A DNA stretch of 64,000 nt from assembly GCA_963714015.1 (NCBI GenBank), contig OY970223.1, forward strand, positions 3,392,001-3,456,000, read 5' to 3'. A program made the position numbers and the translations under genes. The notes under the pieces were generated by a model. It was not told the DNA's origin, did not search any database, and worked only from the letters and a program-made list of their open reading frames with translations. Of this stretch, positions 9,364-20,415 are shown in pieces. Source of the stretch: Vulcanimicrobiota bacterium. Its GTDB lineage: Bacteria; Vulcanimicrobiota; Vulcanimicrobiia; Vulcanimicrobiales; Vulcanimicrobiaceae. Positions within the stretch are counted from its first letter, which is position 1; every line of letters begins with the position of its first letter.

Positions 9364-10390
9364 AGCGTTCCGGCGCGAACGTTTCGGCATGCGCGCGCAG
9401 CTTCGCCGCTTCGTAGCGCGAAGGATCGAACCGCTTCAACGCCTCCGCAAGCGACTCGGCGAGAGGTTCATCGAAGAACTGCCCCGTTTCGCCTTCGACG
9501 ACGGTCTCGAGCGCGCCGCCGCCGCGAAATGCGATCGTCGGGCGCCCCGTTGCCGCAGCCTCGAGCGGAACCAAACCAAAATCTTCCTCGCCCGGAAGGA
9601 TTGCCGCCCGCGCCGTTCCCAGGAGTTCGTTGATCGCCGCATCGTCGATATAGCCGAGCATCGTCGTCGTGGAATCCTTGGCCAACGCGCGCAGCGCAGA
9701 TTCCTCGGGGCCGGTGCCCGCCACGTAAAGCCGCACCCCGGCGAGCTTTGCCGCGCGTATCGCCAGATCGATGCGCTTATACGAAAGCAGTCGCGAGGCA
9801 ATGAAAAAGTGGTCTCCGCCGCCTGGGCCTACGGTAAAGCGATCCACGTCGACCGGGCAATGCAGCACTTCGGCTTCTCGGCCGTAATATTTCTCGATTC
9901 GCCGCGCAACGTTGCATGAGTTCGCGACAAACCGCGTTGGGCGCAGCGCGGCGCGCTTGTCCCACTCGACGAGTCCGGCAACGAGCGGCTTGACGAGCGG
10001 CGTGCGCACGTATTCTTCGTATGCGAAGGCAAAGCGGCTTACCGTATTGATATAACAAACGTGCACGGCTCCCGGAGGAACGATGACGCCTTTGGCCCAT
10101 GCGGTCGTAGAGCTCACTATGGTGTCGTACGCGGACAGGTCGAAAGATTCGAATGCGCGCGGATAGAGCGGCGCCAAATAACGGAAGTACCGGTTCGCTC
10201 CGGGGATCGCCGCAAGATACGACGTTCGGACCCGCGCCGGATCGATCAAATCCGCGACCAGCTCGGCATCGAGCAGCGCGGTGTAGATCGGCGCGTTCGG
10301 ATACGCTTGCGCGATATGCGAAAACACCCGCTCCGCGCCCCCCCGCTGATTCAGATAATCATGGACGAGAGCGACTCGCGGCGCGTTTAT
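9317..10390 (-). CDS. Glycosyltransferase family 4 (mannosyltransferase-like); start probably ATA
   Basis: RVALVHDYLNQRGGAERV in frame upstream of the first GTG; EDFGLVPLEAAATG. Confidence 0.88.
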   Translation of the reverse strand: MNAPRVALVHDYLNQRGGAERVFSHIAQAYPNAPIYTALLDAELVADLIDPARVRTSYLAAIPGANRYFRYLAPLYPRAFESFDLSAYDTIVSSTTAWAKGVIVPPGAVHVCYINTVSRFAFAYEEYVRTPLVKPLVAGLVEWDKRAALRPTRFVANSCNVARRIEKYYGREAEVLHCPVDVDRFTVGPGGGDHFFIASRLLSYKRIDLAIRAAKLAGVRLYVAGTGPEESALRALAKDSTTTMLGYIDDAAINELLGTARAAILPGEEDFGLVPLEAAATGRPTIAFRGGGALETVVEGETGQFFDEPLAESLAEALKRFDPSRYEAAKLRAHAETFAPERFIERLRAIVERTRAV

Positions 10391-11670
10391 GGGGAGGATG
10401 TACCAGCCTGCTGCTCGCGCGGCAGCACGAGCGCGATCGTCGGCGCGTTCAAATAGCGCGCGGCTACGCGCTGAATATCGGCCGCAGTCGTCGCCTTGAT
10501 CGCTTTGACGACGCGATCGTGGTAATCGCCGCTCGGGCTAAACGAAGCAAAGACTCCGCCGAGCCACGCGCGATCGGCCAGCGAAGTCGTATCTTCCAAA
10601 AACCTGCCGGCGGCGAAGGCTTTCATTTGATTCAGATCGCCGCTGAGTTTTGCATGGCCCAGGACGTTGACGACGGTTAGTGCAGTCGCGAACGTCCGCG
10701 TCGGATCGCCCAGACCGCCGTCTACGTAAATCACGACGTTCGCCGGGCTCGTGTCGAAATTATAAAACGCGCCGACGCCGCGCTCCGCATCGGACTGCGT
10801 GGTTAGTCCCGGAACGCCCGAGACGTCCGCCAGCGTGCGCTGCATGAACTCCGTCAGCACCAGCATCGCGCCGAAATCGGCGCTGCTCAAGTTTGGCGCC
10901 GGATACTGAGCAACAAGCCACGGCACGGGAACGTCGCGCCGCGCGATGAGTTGATGCGTGGTCTCCGAGACGCGCGGCGGATTACCGGCGGGAACGGCGG
11001 GCGATGTTCCCGGCGCCAGTCCCGAAACGAGCGCCGAATAGCGATCTGCGCCAACCGCTTGTGAGTTTCCGACGGTGCTGATAATGGCGTCGTCCCGTTT
11101 GTAATGCGCCGCATAAAACGCGCGGGCATCCGCGGGCGCGAAACTAGCGACCGTTTGAGGCAATCCGTCGGGCGGCATGCCCGCGCTGGAGTTCTGATAG
11201 AAGGACGCATTGAGCATCTCGACGCCGACGTCGAGCGCCAAACGCTGGTTTTCGTTGATGCGCCCGATCAGCGCCGTGCGCGCGTTCATCAAGGTCTTGT
11301 CCGAAAAGTCCGGTTTTGCAAGCGCGGACGCGAACATGCCGAGCACGGTGCCGTACGACCCCGTCAGGCCCTCGACGTAGAACCGCACGTCGCCCGGATC
11401 CATCGTATAACTGATCGAACCGCCGTTCGCCGCAACCGCGTCTTTGAGCGGCATGCCGTTTTCCGGTGTCTGCAAAATCGTCTCGGCGACCAGCGACGCA
11501 AGTCCGTTTTGGGCTGCGGTCTGACGGTCGAGACCCGCCTGAAGCACGACCTCGGTGCCGATGACGTCGGACGAGGGATCGACTTGTTGAACCAGGTCCG
11601 TCGCGCCCGAGGGAAGCGCCACGGCGCTCAAGGCGAATGCCGCAAGAACCATCAATGCGCGTGCTCTCAC
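10387..11670 (-). CDS. Secreted M16 (insulinase) family protein lacking HxxEH
   Basis: Signal peptide; GLASLVAE, FYAAHY, TAADIQRVAARYL. Confidence 0.75.
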   Translation of the reverse strand: MRARALMVLAAFALSAVALPSGATDLVQQVDPSSDVIGTEVVLQAGLDRQTAAQNGLASLVAETILQTPENGMPLKDAVAANGGSISYTMDPGDVRFYVEGLTGSYGTVLGMFASALAKPDFSDKTLMNARTALIGRINENQRLALDVGVEMLNASFYQNSSAGMPPDGLPQTVASFAPADARAFYAAHYKRDDAIISTVGNSQAVGADRYSALVSGLAPGTSPAVPAGNPPRVSETTHQLIARRDVPVPWLVAQYPAPNLSSADFGAMLVLTEFMQRTLADVSGVPGLTTQSDAERGVGAFYNFDTSPANVVIYVDGGLGDPTRTFATALTVVNVLGHAKLSGDLNQMKAFAAGRFLEDTTSLADRAWLGGVFASFSPSGDYHDRVVKAIKATTAADIQRVAARYLNAPTIALVLPREQQAGTSSP

Positions 11671-13005
11671 GAGGCCGTTCCTTCTGAATGAGCGCTCGTC
11701 AGTTCCACGACGGCGGGATGCTGCAAGTATTCACGCACGATCTGCGCGACGTAGCCGGGATCGAGCGCCTGGGCCGCCTCGACGTATTGACCCGACGCAT
11801 CGCCGGGCGCATACGGCAGATTTCCCTCGGCCGCATACCAGCCGAAGTTGTCGGCGCGCGTCTCGGGCGTCTGCACTTGACTGATGATATGGTACAGAAA
11901 CGCATTCTTGGCCGCGTCGAACGTCTTGCGATCCATCGGCGTGGCCAGCGCTTCGACTGCCGAAGTAATCTTGGAACGCATTTCCTGCGCATGCGCACCG
12001 GAGACCGTAACGAGCAGCACGCCCGGATCGTGCAGCGTGATGAATTGTCCGTTCAGAAAAGCGTCGTTCGCAGTGCTGCGGGCTTCGCGCGCCACCGTGC
12101 CGCGATCGGCGTCGAAGAGATAGTCGGCGATAAAATCCATCGCCGTCGCCGCGCGCGCATCCGCAATCGGCGGACCGGTCCACGCGAATCCCAGACCGGT
12201 GACGGGCGCCGGCTGCGAGACGTCGCTCGGGTGACCCGACGGCGTCGAATCAAACGGCCGGTCCATACCGCCGGGCGCCCCGGAAGATTGAATCGCACTG
12301 CGGTGAACGCTCGATAGCCAGCCGTCGCCGACGGATCCCGTCAGCGCGAGTACCGCATTCGGTTCGCGAAAGGCGCGGGCCGCGAACTTACGCACTGCAT
12401 CGATCGTAATCTTGGAGTAATCCTGAGCGCTCTGGGGGACCGGCGGAAAATGCGCCGGCCCGGCGGTAAAAAGATGCTCGAACAGCACGTCCTGCAGCGT
12501 GCGATCGGGGTCGAACTGGAGACTCCGCGCCCGCGATTGCGCAGTCGCGCAGCGCAGTCCGGTAGCCGTCGTCGGTAACCGAAGCGGAGAAATACGCTGC
12601 CGTCATCGCGCGCAGCACGGGCTGCAAATCCCATGACGGAACACCCGCGCCGATCATCGCGATGTCCGGATAAACGTTGATTTCCAGGGTCCCGCCGTCT
12701 TCGGTCACGAGTTCGGCAAGAGACGACCCGCGCACCGGCTTCGTCGCCGCAATGGCGGCGATCGCCAAACGCGCAATGCCGGGAGTTGCCGAGTCGTATC
12801 CCGCGCCGGGTGCGCGAAACCATAGCTCGACCGCAGCGGTGGGCGCACCGGTATCGCGGCGCAGCACGTACATTCCGCCGCCGGGCAGCGTGCCGGTTTG
12901 CTCGCCCGAGGTCGACGGCGCGGCCGCCCTTGCATGCGCCGAAAACGTCAGCAGCGATATACTCACGCATACCGCTGCAGCTGTTCGGATGAGCCGGCTT
13001 ATCAC
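11667..13005 (-). CDS. Secreted M16 family protein lacking HxxEH; 1-nt frameshift near 12518, likely an assembly error
   Basis: ORFs 12388-13005 and 11667-12488 join on removing one base; [11 protein letters not shown]...PGIARL. Confidence 0.7.
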
Positions 13006-14912
13006 GCCGGTTCCGGCGAGATATTCGGCGGGAGGCGTTTGGGCTGTTCGATCCGCTTGCCTTCCTCGACCGCCGGCGGAAGGTCGACCACCGGCGAGGG
13101 CGTGCCGCCGCCGCGATTGTACGGACGGCGCTCGAGGATCGCTTTGACCTCTTCGGATTCGACCGTTTCGAATTCGAGCAGGGAAGCGACCATTCGTTCT
13201 ACCTTGTCCCAGTTGTCGCCCAGCAGTTTGCGGCCGCGATCGTAACAGCTTTCGATGATGCGCCGGACTTCGGCGTCGATCTTGGAGGCGATCTCCTCCG
13301 AGTAGTTACGATCCTCACCGAAGTCGCGTCCCAGAAAGACTTGATGGTTGCCGCGGCCGTATTGAATCGGGCCGAGCGTGTCGGACATCCCGTACTGCGT
13401 CACCATGCGGCGCGCAAGTTCGGTCGCTTTTTCGAAATCGTTGCTCGCGCCCGTCGTAACGTCTTTGAACTTGATCTCTTCCGCCAGGCGTCCGCCGAGG
13501 GCCCGCGTGATGGTAGCGAGCAGCTCTTCCTTGGTTTGGCTGTGGCGGTCGTCTTCGGGGAGCGACCAGGTGATGCCCAGTGCCATGCCGCGCGGAATAA
13601 TCGTCACCTTGTGAATGGGATCGCCTTTATCCGAGAGGCCTCCGATAATCGCGTGCCCGGACTCGTGGTACGCCGTGACTTCCTTTTCTTTCTGCGACAT
13701 CACGATCGATTTGCGCTCGGGGCCGACCATGACGCGATCGATCGCTTCATCGCAGTCGTTCATCTCGATCACCGTCTTGTTGCGGCGCGCGGCGAGCAAG
13801 GCCGCCTCGTTCAGCAAATTCTCGAGATCGGCTCCGGAGAATCCCGGTGTGCGCTTGGCGAGCGTTTCGAGCGCGACTTCCTTGCTCAGCGGCTTGTTGC
13901 GGGCGTGTACTTCCAGAATCTTCTGGCGGCCTTTCACGTCGGCGCGGTCGACGACGATCTGACGATCGAACCGGCCCGGACGAAGCAACGCCGGATCGAG
14001 CACGTCCGGGCGATTCGTGGCCGCGATCAAAATCACGCCGGTGTTCTGATCGAAACCGTCCATCTCGACGAGCAGCTGATTGAGCGTTTGTTCCCGCTCG
14101 TCGTGACCGCCGCCCAATCCCGCGCCGCGCTGCCGGCCGACCGCGTCGATCTCGTCGATGAACACGATGCATGGCGCAGACTTCTTGGCTTGATCGAATA
14201 GATCGCGAACGCGTGAAGCGCCCACGCCTACGAACATCTCGACGAAATCCGAACCCGAAATCGAGAAGAACGGAACGCCTGCTTCGCCCGCAATCGCGCG
14301 CGCCAGCAGCGTCTTGCCGGATCCCGGCGGCCCCAGCAGCAGAACGCCTTTGGGAATGCGCGCGCCGAGCGCTTGGAATTTCTTGGGATACTTCAGAAAC
14401 TCGACGATCTCGCCGAGTTCTTCTTTCGCCTCGTCGACGCCGGCCACGTCATTGAACGTTACCTTCGGGCGGTTTTCGGAGAGCATCTTTGCGCGGGAAC
14501 GGCCAAACGACAACGCCTGGCTCCCTCCATTCTGGGCTTGCCGGAGGATAAAGAACAGGATCAGCACGAGAACGATGAACGGCGCCATGCCCAGGATCGT
14601 ATTGAACATCGTCGTGTTCGTTGGGTTTTCCCAAGAAACGCTGCCGTGAACATGAGCGCCGACGCGATCCACGAAGATCTGATCGCGATCGGGAATCTCG
14701 AGCGTATAGTGCGTTCCGTTGGTGAGGTCGCCGGTGACGTCGTCTCCCACCGCATGGAAACTCGCCACCTGATTGTGCATCAGTTTTTGCGAGAACTGGC
14801 TGTAGTCGAGTTTGGTGACGTCCGCCGTCGGGAGCACCAGGTGCTGAACGATGAAGAACACCGCCGCACACGCGATGAGGATGAGTACGATGCCCCGAAG
14901 TTGCTTGCTCAC
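13002..14912 (-). CDS. ftsH: ATP-dependent zinc metalloprotease FtsH
   Basis: Two TM helices, [19 protein letters not shown]. Confidence 0.97.
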   Translation of the reverse strand: MSKQLRGIVLILIACAAVFFIVQHLVLPTADVTKLDYSQFSQKLMHNQVASFHAVGDDVTGDLTNGTHYTLEIPDRDQIFVDRVGAHVHGSVSWENPTNTTMFNTILGMAPFIVLVLILFFILRQAQNGGSQALSFGRSRAKMLSENRPKVTFNDVAGVDEAKEELGEIVEFLKYPKKFQALGARIPKGVLLLGPPGSGKTLLARAIAGEAGVPFFSISGSDFVEMFVGVGASRVRDLFDQAKKSAPCIVFIDEIDAVGRQRGAGLGGGHDEREQTLNQLLVEMDGFDQNTGVILIAATNRPDVLDPALLRPGRFDRQIVVDRADVKGRQKILEVHARNKPLSKEVALETLAKRTPGFSGADLENLLNEAALLAARRNKTVIEMNDCDEAIDRVMVGPERKSIVMSQKEKEVTAYHESGHAIIGGLSDKGDPIHKVTIIPRGMALGITWSLPEDDRHSQTKEELLATITRALGGRLAEEIKFKDVTTGASNDFEKATELARRMVTQYGMSDTLGPIQYGRGNHQVFLGRDFGEDRNYSEEIASKIDAEVRRIIESCYDRGRKLLGDNWDKVERMVASLLEFETVESEEVKAILERRPYNRGGGTPSPVVDLPPAVEEGKRIEQPKRLPPNISPEPA

Positions 14913-14930
14913 GTTTTGTTACTTCTTACC

Positions 14931-15500
14931 TTATTTAGAGAATACCGCCGGCCGGAGCTGTGCCAGGTACGGAAGATTACGATAGCTTTCCCCGTAATCC
15001 AAACCGTACCCTACGACGAACTCATTGGGGGCGACCAGACCTACATAGTCAATCGGTACGTCGACGCGCCGGTTGTACGGCTTATCGAAAAGCACACATG
15101 ACCGCAGGCTCGCAGGCTGCCGTCCAAGCAGTAACGACCGGAGATACTGCAGCGTGAGGCCGTTATCCACGATATCCTCAACTACTAGAACGTTCTTGCC
15201 CGCGATATTGGTCCCCGTGTCCTTCAAAACGCGGACCTCTCCGCTGGACCGGTACGAATTCCCATAACTCGAAACCACGAGGAAGTCGACTTCCACGCAG
15301 TTCGGTCCAGGCAAGCGAGAGATAGCTCGGGCAAGGTCGGCGGTTACGTACAGCGCACCTTTCAACACCCCAAGCACCAGCAAGGGTTTCCCCGCATAAT
15401 CGGCCGCAATTTCACGGGCTAGTCGCGCGATGGCCGCCGCGATCTCACTTTCCGAGAAAAGCACCCGCTCGATCGCGGGCGCATACCCCTCGCAGGTCAT
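14931..15500 (-). CDS. hpt: Hypoxanthine phosphoribosyltransferase
   Basis: GVLKG, VVEDIVDNGLT, FVVGYGLDY...YRNLP. Confidence 0.95.
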   Translation of the reverse strand: MTCEGYAPAIERVLFSESEIAAAIARLAREIAADYAGKPLLVLGVLKGALYVTADLARAISRLPGPNCVEVDFLVVSSYGNSYRSSGEVRVLKDTGTNIAGKNVLVVEDIVDNGLTLQYLRSLLLGRQPASLRSCVLFDKPYNRRVDVPIDYVGLVAPNEFVVGYGLDYGESYRNLPYLAQLRPAVFSK

Positions 15501-16388
15501 CCTTTATTCCTGTGTACCGTTAACCGGCCGCTCTCAATCGTCAGTTCGAGCCCTCGCCCCATGGAGAAATGCCCCGACCGCCCGCGCGCGAGCGCTCGCA
15601 CCGCAGCTTCAATATGCTCGAACTCCACGCCGCGGAGCGCCTCGTGCTGCTCCAGCGTCTCGCGCACCTGTCGGCGCAGTCCGGCCTCCGGCGCCCCTTG
15701 GAGCTCCGCGGCGACGAGCCTGGCGGCCCGCGCGACGGCGCCGTCCAGTCCCGGAAAGGCCGGACGCAAGGCACCCAGTGCCTCCCGCACGGCGTTACGG
15801 CGCAGTTCGACATCGGCGTTGGTGGGGTCCACCGCAAAGGGCAGGCCGGCTGACTGGGCATAGCGGCGGACCTCGCCGCGCTCGCAGCTCAGGAGCGGCC
15901 GGACGAGATCGATCCCGGGCATGAGTGCGCGACGCTGCGGGATGCCGCTCAGGCCGGAAGGACCGGTCCCCCGGAATAGCGCGAGCAGGATGGTTTCGGT
16001 CTGATCCTCGGCCGTGTGCCCCGTGGCAACCACTCCGGCTTTGGCGTCCGCCGCCATTTTTGCCAGAAGCTTCGTAGCGCGCGTCGCGCAGCGACGCCTC
16101 GTCGCGTTTGGAGGGCTCGAGCGCCGCAATCTTCAGGGGAACGTTCAGTGCCGCGGCGACGCGAAGAGCGACGGCTTCGTCCTGCCAAGCCGACTCCCGA
16201 AGCCCGTGATTGACGTGACCGAGCGTCAAACGCAGATCCAAGCGCTTCGCGAGTGATGCGAGCACCGCGGCGAGACCGACGCTATCCGAACCGCCGCTGC
16301 AGGCGACGAGGACGTGCTCGCCGGTGGGAACCGCGTTCGCGCGCTCTACCGCCTGTTCGAGCGCGCGCTCCGGCCGAGTTCCGCGCAC
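15497..16388 (-). CDS. tilS: tRNA(Ile)-lysidine synthetase; 1-nt frameshift near 16068, likely an assembly error
   Basis: SGGSDS, HVNHGLR, ARYEAL, TGHTAEDQTET, RPLL, DPTN. Confidence 0.9.
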
Positions 16389-16389
16389 T

Positions 16390-16884
16390 TTATCGAGCGT
16401 GCCTCGCCAGTTCGCGCTCGACGTCGCGCTTTGCGGTGGCCTCACGTTTGTCCCAGAGCTTCTTGCCTTTCGCCAAACCGAGTTCGATCTTGACGCGTCC
16501 GCGCGTGAAGTAGAGCCGGAGCGGAACGATCGTCAATCCCTTTTCCGCGGCGCGGCTGGAAAGACGCGCGATCTGTTCGCGATGGAGCAGCAATTTGCGC
16601 GGCCGGTTGGGCTCGACGTTGGAGAAACTGCCTTGCTTATACGGCGGCACGTGCATTCCGAGCAGCCACATTTCGCCGTCGCGCATGCGCGCGTACGCTT
16701 CGTTTAGACTTATCCCGCCCTGGCGGATCGATTTAATCTCCGTACCGGTGAGCGCTACCCCCGCCTCCAGCGACTCCAGAATGTAGAACTCGTGGCGCGC
16801 GCGCCGGTTGTCTACTGCGGGCGCATTGTTCCGCTTTTCTTGGATTTTTTGCGCTTCGCGAGCTTGCTTGGACTTGGGACTCAT
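16390..16884 (-). CDS. smpB: SsrA-binding protein
   Basis: NRRARHEF, LTGTEIKSIR, RKLLLHR, GKKLWDKR. Confidence 0.97.
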   Translation of the reverse strand: MSPKSKQAREAQKIQEKRNNAPAVDNRRARHEFYILESLEAGVALTGTEIKSIRQGGISLNEAYARMRDGEMWLLGMHVPPYKQGSFSNVEPNRPRKLLLHREQIARLSSRAAEKGLTIVPLRLYFTRGRVKIELGLAKGKKLWDKREATAKRDVERELARHAR

Positions 16885-17309
16885 TGGTTTCGGCTGTCGC
16901 GAACGTCTTCGATACGCCCTTGCGAAACGAAGCGTCCCTCGGCTTCCACCAGCACGATTCCCGCCGGATCGACGACTCGCGCTTCGAGCTCCAGCACGTT
17001 GCGGCGCGTCCAGCGCACACGCCCTTCAATCTCGAGCGGCACGCCGAGCGGTACCGGCTTACGAAAGCGGGCGTTCATGCTGGCGGTAACGCCGCGATAT
17101 CCGGCCGCACCCGCCGCGTGGGCCATTGCCTCGTCCAGCAGTGAGAGCGCTATCCCGCCGTGAGCGATGCCCTTCCAGCCCTGGAAATGGGGACGCAAGG
17201 TCGTGTTGGCACGAACGGCCTGTTCGCCCGCGCGTTCGAAATGCAAACGCAGGCCGATCTGATTTTCCGGCCCGCACGCAAAGCAAAATCCGTCGTCGAT
17301 CGGCATCAT
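16881..17309 (-). CDS. PaaI-like hotdog thioesterase
   Basis: CFACGPEN..GL, HGG...LLDEAM. Confidence 0.85.
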   Translation of the reverse strand: MMPIDDGFCFACGPENQIGLRLHFERAGEQAVRANTTLRPHFQGWKGIAHGGIALSLLDEAMAHAAGAAGYRGVTASMNARFRKPVPLGVPLEIEGRVRWTRRNVLELEARVVDPAGIVLVEAEGRFVSQGRIEDVRDSRNQ

Positions 17310-18032
17310 CGTCCAACGTCCAAGCGCGCCGCCAAAGCGTGCGGCAACTCGGCGTCGACGATCTTCTGCTGGACTTGTCCGATCGGGTAGTCGTAGCGGA
17401 TCCACTGCATCACATTCGTCCGATCGTCGTACAAAACGAACGAAGGCTTAGGGTTGAGGTCGCGCGGCTGCCCGATGCTTCCCACGTCGATGATGTACCG
17501 CTTTGCCGGATCGATCGTCAGCTCGCCGCCGCTCTGCATATGCTGGTGCGAAATGCTTCCGTCACGCTCGAGCGCGTAATATTCGGCGATGTGCGTATGC
17601 CCCACGAACACGATCGGCGCATCCGTCCTCTCGAACGCGGCTTTGGCATGCCGTTTCGTCAGGAGATACTCGAAGTAATGCACCGGCGCCCCGTGCACCA
17701 GCAGATACTGGTGATCCCGAATTTCATAGCCTGAGTCCGTTGAGCCACTCCACGACGTCCGGTTCGATGATGGTTTGCGTCCATTCAATGGCGCGGCGCG
17801 CCGCCGCATTGAAATATTCGACGCCGAAATTGTCCACGGCGGCGACGTCATGATTTCCCAACACCGTCTGGTACGCGCGCTCGCGAATCATGCGCACGCA
17901 TTCGTTCGGATTCGGACCGTAACCGACGATATCGCCCAAACATAGCACCCGGTCGTCGGCGTGCACGAACTCCATCGCTTTTTGCAGCGACTCGAGATTG
18001 CCGTGAATGTCCGAGAGGACGGCGTATCTCAA
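17306..18032 (-). CDS. Metallophosphoesterase; 1-nt frameshift near 17732
   Basis: SDIHGN, GDIVGYG, GNHD, VHG, GHTH, GSIGQPRD spread across two frames. Confidence 0.88.
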
Positions 18033-19120
18033 GCGTTCACCTCGGCAAGGACGGTTCGCAAGCGGGTCCCGAACTCTTTGCGCTCCTGGAGCGTTCCCAC
18101 GCTAATGCGCACGTAGCGATCGAGAGGCGGCGCGGCGGGTTTGCGGACGAACACGCCGTGTTCCAGCAGTTTGTTCATCACGTGCGTGGCGCGTTCGTTG
18201 CTCTGAAAGTCGATGCAGACGAAATTCGTCAGCGACCGCAAGTGTCCGAGCCCCAGGGACGCTGCGAGCGTATAGTAGTCTTCTCTTCCCTGCGCGACCT
18301 GGCGGACGACCGAGGCGTGAAACGCGCGATCTTCCAATGCTGCAAGAGCCCCGATTTGCGCGTTGCGGTTCACGCCGTAGTGCAGCCGAATCTTCTGAAA
18401 CGTCACCACGTTTCGCGGCATCGCGATCATGTAGCCGATCCGCGCTCCCGCCATTCCGTACGCTTTCGAAAACGTCCGTACGCGCAGCAGCCGCGCGTGC
18501 AGAAGCCGGTGAGAGCCTTGCGGTTTCTCAACGAAATCCGCGTAAGCTTCGTCGAGCAGCAGCAGCGACTGACGCGGCAGCGCTTCGAAGAGCCGCACGA
18601 TCTCCGAAGAGGGCAGCAGCGTACCGCTCGGGTTGTCGGGATTTGCAACGTAGACGATCGCCGGGCGGATCTCGTTCGCGCACGCAATCAGTGCGTCGAC
18701 GTCCACGATGCCCTCGTCGCGGTACGGCACAGTGACGAGCTTTCCGCCGAAGCCGGTCACGTGAAAGCCGAACGTCGGATAGGTCCCTCGAGTGGTGAGC
18801 GCAACGCCTCCTGCGGGCATGAACGCGCGCACGGCTAACCCCATCAAGTCGTCGATGCCGCTGCCGACGCACAGGTTTTCGATTCCGCATTGATGGTGCA
18901 GCGCCAGCGCCGAACGGAGATCGTAGGACTCGGGATCGCCGTACCACGACAGATGCGGAAGCTCGGCTGCCATCGCGGCGACCGCTTTCGGTGAAGGGCC
19001 GAACGCGCTCTCGTTGGCACCCAGCCGCAGGAGCGACGTATGCCCGCCCTCGCGCATCAACTGCTCGGGCCCGATGAACGGAGTGACCACCGGTATGGCC
19101 TCGATATGCGGCGCGGCCAA
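18029..19120 (-). CDS. HisC-like class I/II PLP aminotransferase
   Basis: LGANES, NPDNPSG, DEAY, RTFSKAYGMAGARIGY. Confidence 0.88.
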   Translation of the reverse strand: MAAPHIEAIPVVTPFIGPEQLMREGGHTSLLRLGANESAFGPSPKAVAAMAAELPHLSWYGDPESYDLRSALALHHQCGIENLCVGSGIDDLMGLAVRAFMPAGGVALTTRGTYPTFGFHVTGFGGKLVTVPYRDEGIVDVDALIACANEIRPAIVYVANPDNPSGTLLPSSEIVRLFEALPRQSLLLLDEAYADFVEKPQGSHRLLHARLLRVRTFSKAYGMAGARIGYMIAMPRNVVTFQKIRLHYGVNRNAQIGALAALEDRAFHASVVRQVAQGREDYYTLAASLGLGHLRSLTNFVCIDFQSNERATHVMNKLLEHGVFVRKPAAPPLDRYVRISVGTLQERKEFGTRLRTVLAEVNA

Positions 19121-19160
19121 GAACTCCGGCTCTGCGGCCGAAGCGACTCTTTCGTTCAGA

Positions 19161-20390
19161 TTAACTCCCTACGAACCGCATAACCCGAACGGGCGTTTCC
19201 GCGGTCAATTCTTCTATAGTTTCGGCCAATTCCATGAAACCGCTTGCGCGCGCGAGCAGACTCGTAGAACTCGACCGAAGTTCAAGCGGATACGCCTTCG
19301 GCGTGGGTGCCGCCTCGTCGAGGCGCACGGGCACGAACCACGTCCATCCCGCCCGCTTGCGCAAGGGCTCCGCCAGGCGCGCCTCGACTTCATGCCGCGT
19401 GAACCGCGTACCGGTCAAGGCACAGACGATCGGCGCTCCGATCGTTTCCAGGATGATAAGGGCGGAGGCCGGATTTCCGGGCAGTCCGATGACCGGCTTC
19501 CCTTCGATGCTCGCGAGCACCGTCGGCTTCCCCGGCTTCACTCGCAAACCGTGAACGATGACTCCGGGTTGGCCAAGACGCCGCACGATCTGCGGTGTGA
19601 GATCGCGCTCGCCGACGGACGAGCCTCCGGTCAAAAAAACCGCATCGCACGCTTCGAGCGCTTCGCGGAGCAGCGCTTCCAGAGCGTGCGGTTCATCGCG
19701 AGCGATTGCGAAATGGCGAACGGCGGCACCCATCACCTCGAGCGCGCCGGCGACGGCCCAGCGGTTGGAGTCGCGGACCTGACCGGGTCCGGGTTTGGAC
19801 GCAACGTCCACGAGCTCGTCACCGCTGGAGATGACGGCGACGAGCGGCCTGCGAAACACCGGCACGCGCGCCGATCCCAGTGTCGCCAGCACACCCAGCT
19901 CGGCCGGGCCGATCCGCCGCCCCGGCTGCAGCAATATTTCCCCCGAACTCATGTCGGATCCAATCGGTGTGATGCAGTCGCCGCGGGGAATCGACGCCGA
20001 GACGACCACGGAGCCGCCGCACAGCTCGACGTCCTCTATCGGGGCAACGGCGTCGGCACCCGAGGGCAGCACGCCGCCCGTCGGAATTCGCACAACCGTC
20101 TGCGGCGCAAGCGGCGCTTGCATGACGCCGCCCATCCGAATCTCCCCCGCAACCCGCAGCGTCCCCGGCGTATCGCACGAGCGCAGTGCGAACCCGTCCA
20201 TCGCCGAGCGCGGCGCGGCCGGATAATCGGCATCGGCTACCGCCGGGCGCGCGAGCGTTCTTCCGAGCGCGCAATCGATGGAAACGTCCTCGGTCTGCGG
20301 CGGCCGCAGGGCCGCATCGGCCATGTACTTCGTGAGCGCTTGCTGCGGCGCGAGGAGCGCATCCGCTTGGAATCCAATGCCGCGCTTCAT
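19161..20390 (-). CDS. moeA: Molybdopterin molybdotransferase
   Basis: SAMDGFA, SSGDEL, TGGSSVGERD, KPGKP, GLPGNP. Confidence 0.93.
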   Translation of the reverse strand: MKRGIGFQADALLAPQQALTKYMADAALRPPQTEDVSIDCALGRTLARPAVADADYPAAPRSAMDGFALRSCDTPGTLRVAGEIRMGGVMQAPLAPQTVVRIPTGGVLPSGADAVAPIEDVELCGGSVVVSASIPRGDCITPIGSDMSSGEILLQPGRRIGPAELGVLATLGSARVPVFRRPLVAVISSGDELVDVASKPGPGQVRDSNRWAVAGALEVMGAAVRHFAIARDEPHALEALLREALEACDAVFLTGGSSVGERDLTPQIVRRLGQPGVIVHGLRVKPGKPTVLASIEGKPVIGLPGNPASALIILETIGAPIVCALTGTRFTRHEVEARLAEPLRKRAGWTWFVPVRLDEAAPTPKAYPLELRSSSTSLLARASGFMELAETIEELTAETPVRVMRFVGS

Positions 20391-20415
20391 TTGAAAACCC
20401 GGATTACCACGTTGC

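Noticed and set aside
10338..10344. G7 tract in a glycosyltransferase as a frameshift or phase-variation site
   Set aside because: It is in frame, encodes the conserved RGG motif, and is short.
15497..16388. Programmed frameshift or pseudogene in tilS and other split genes
   Set aside because: No slippery sites were seen, and scattered single indels fit sequencing error better.
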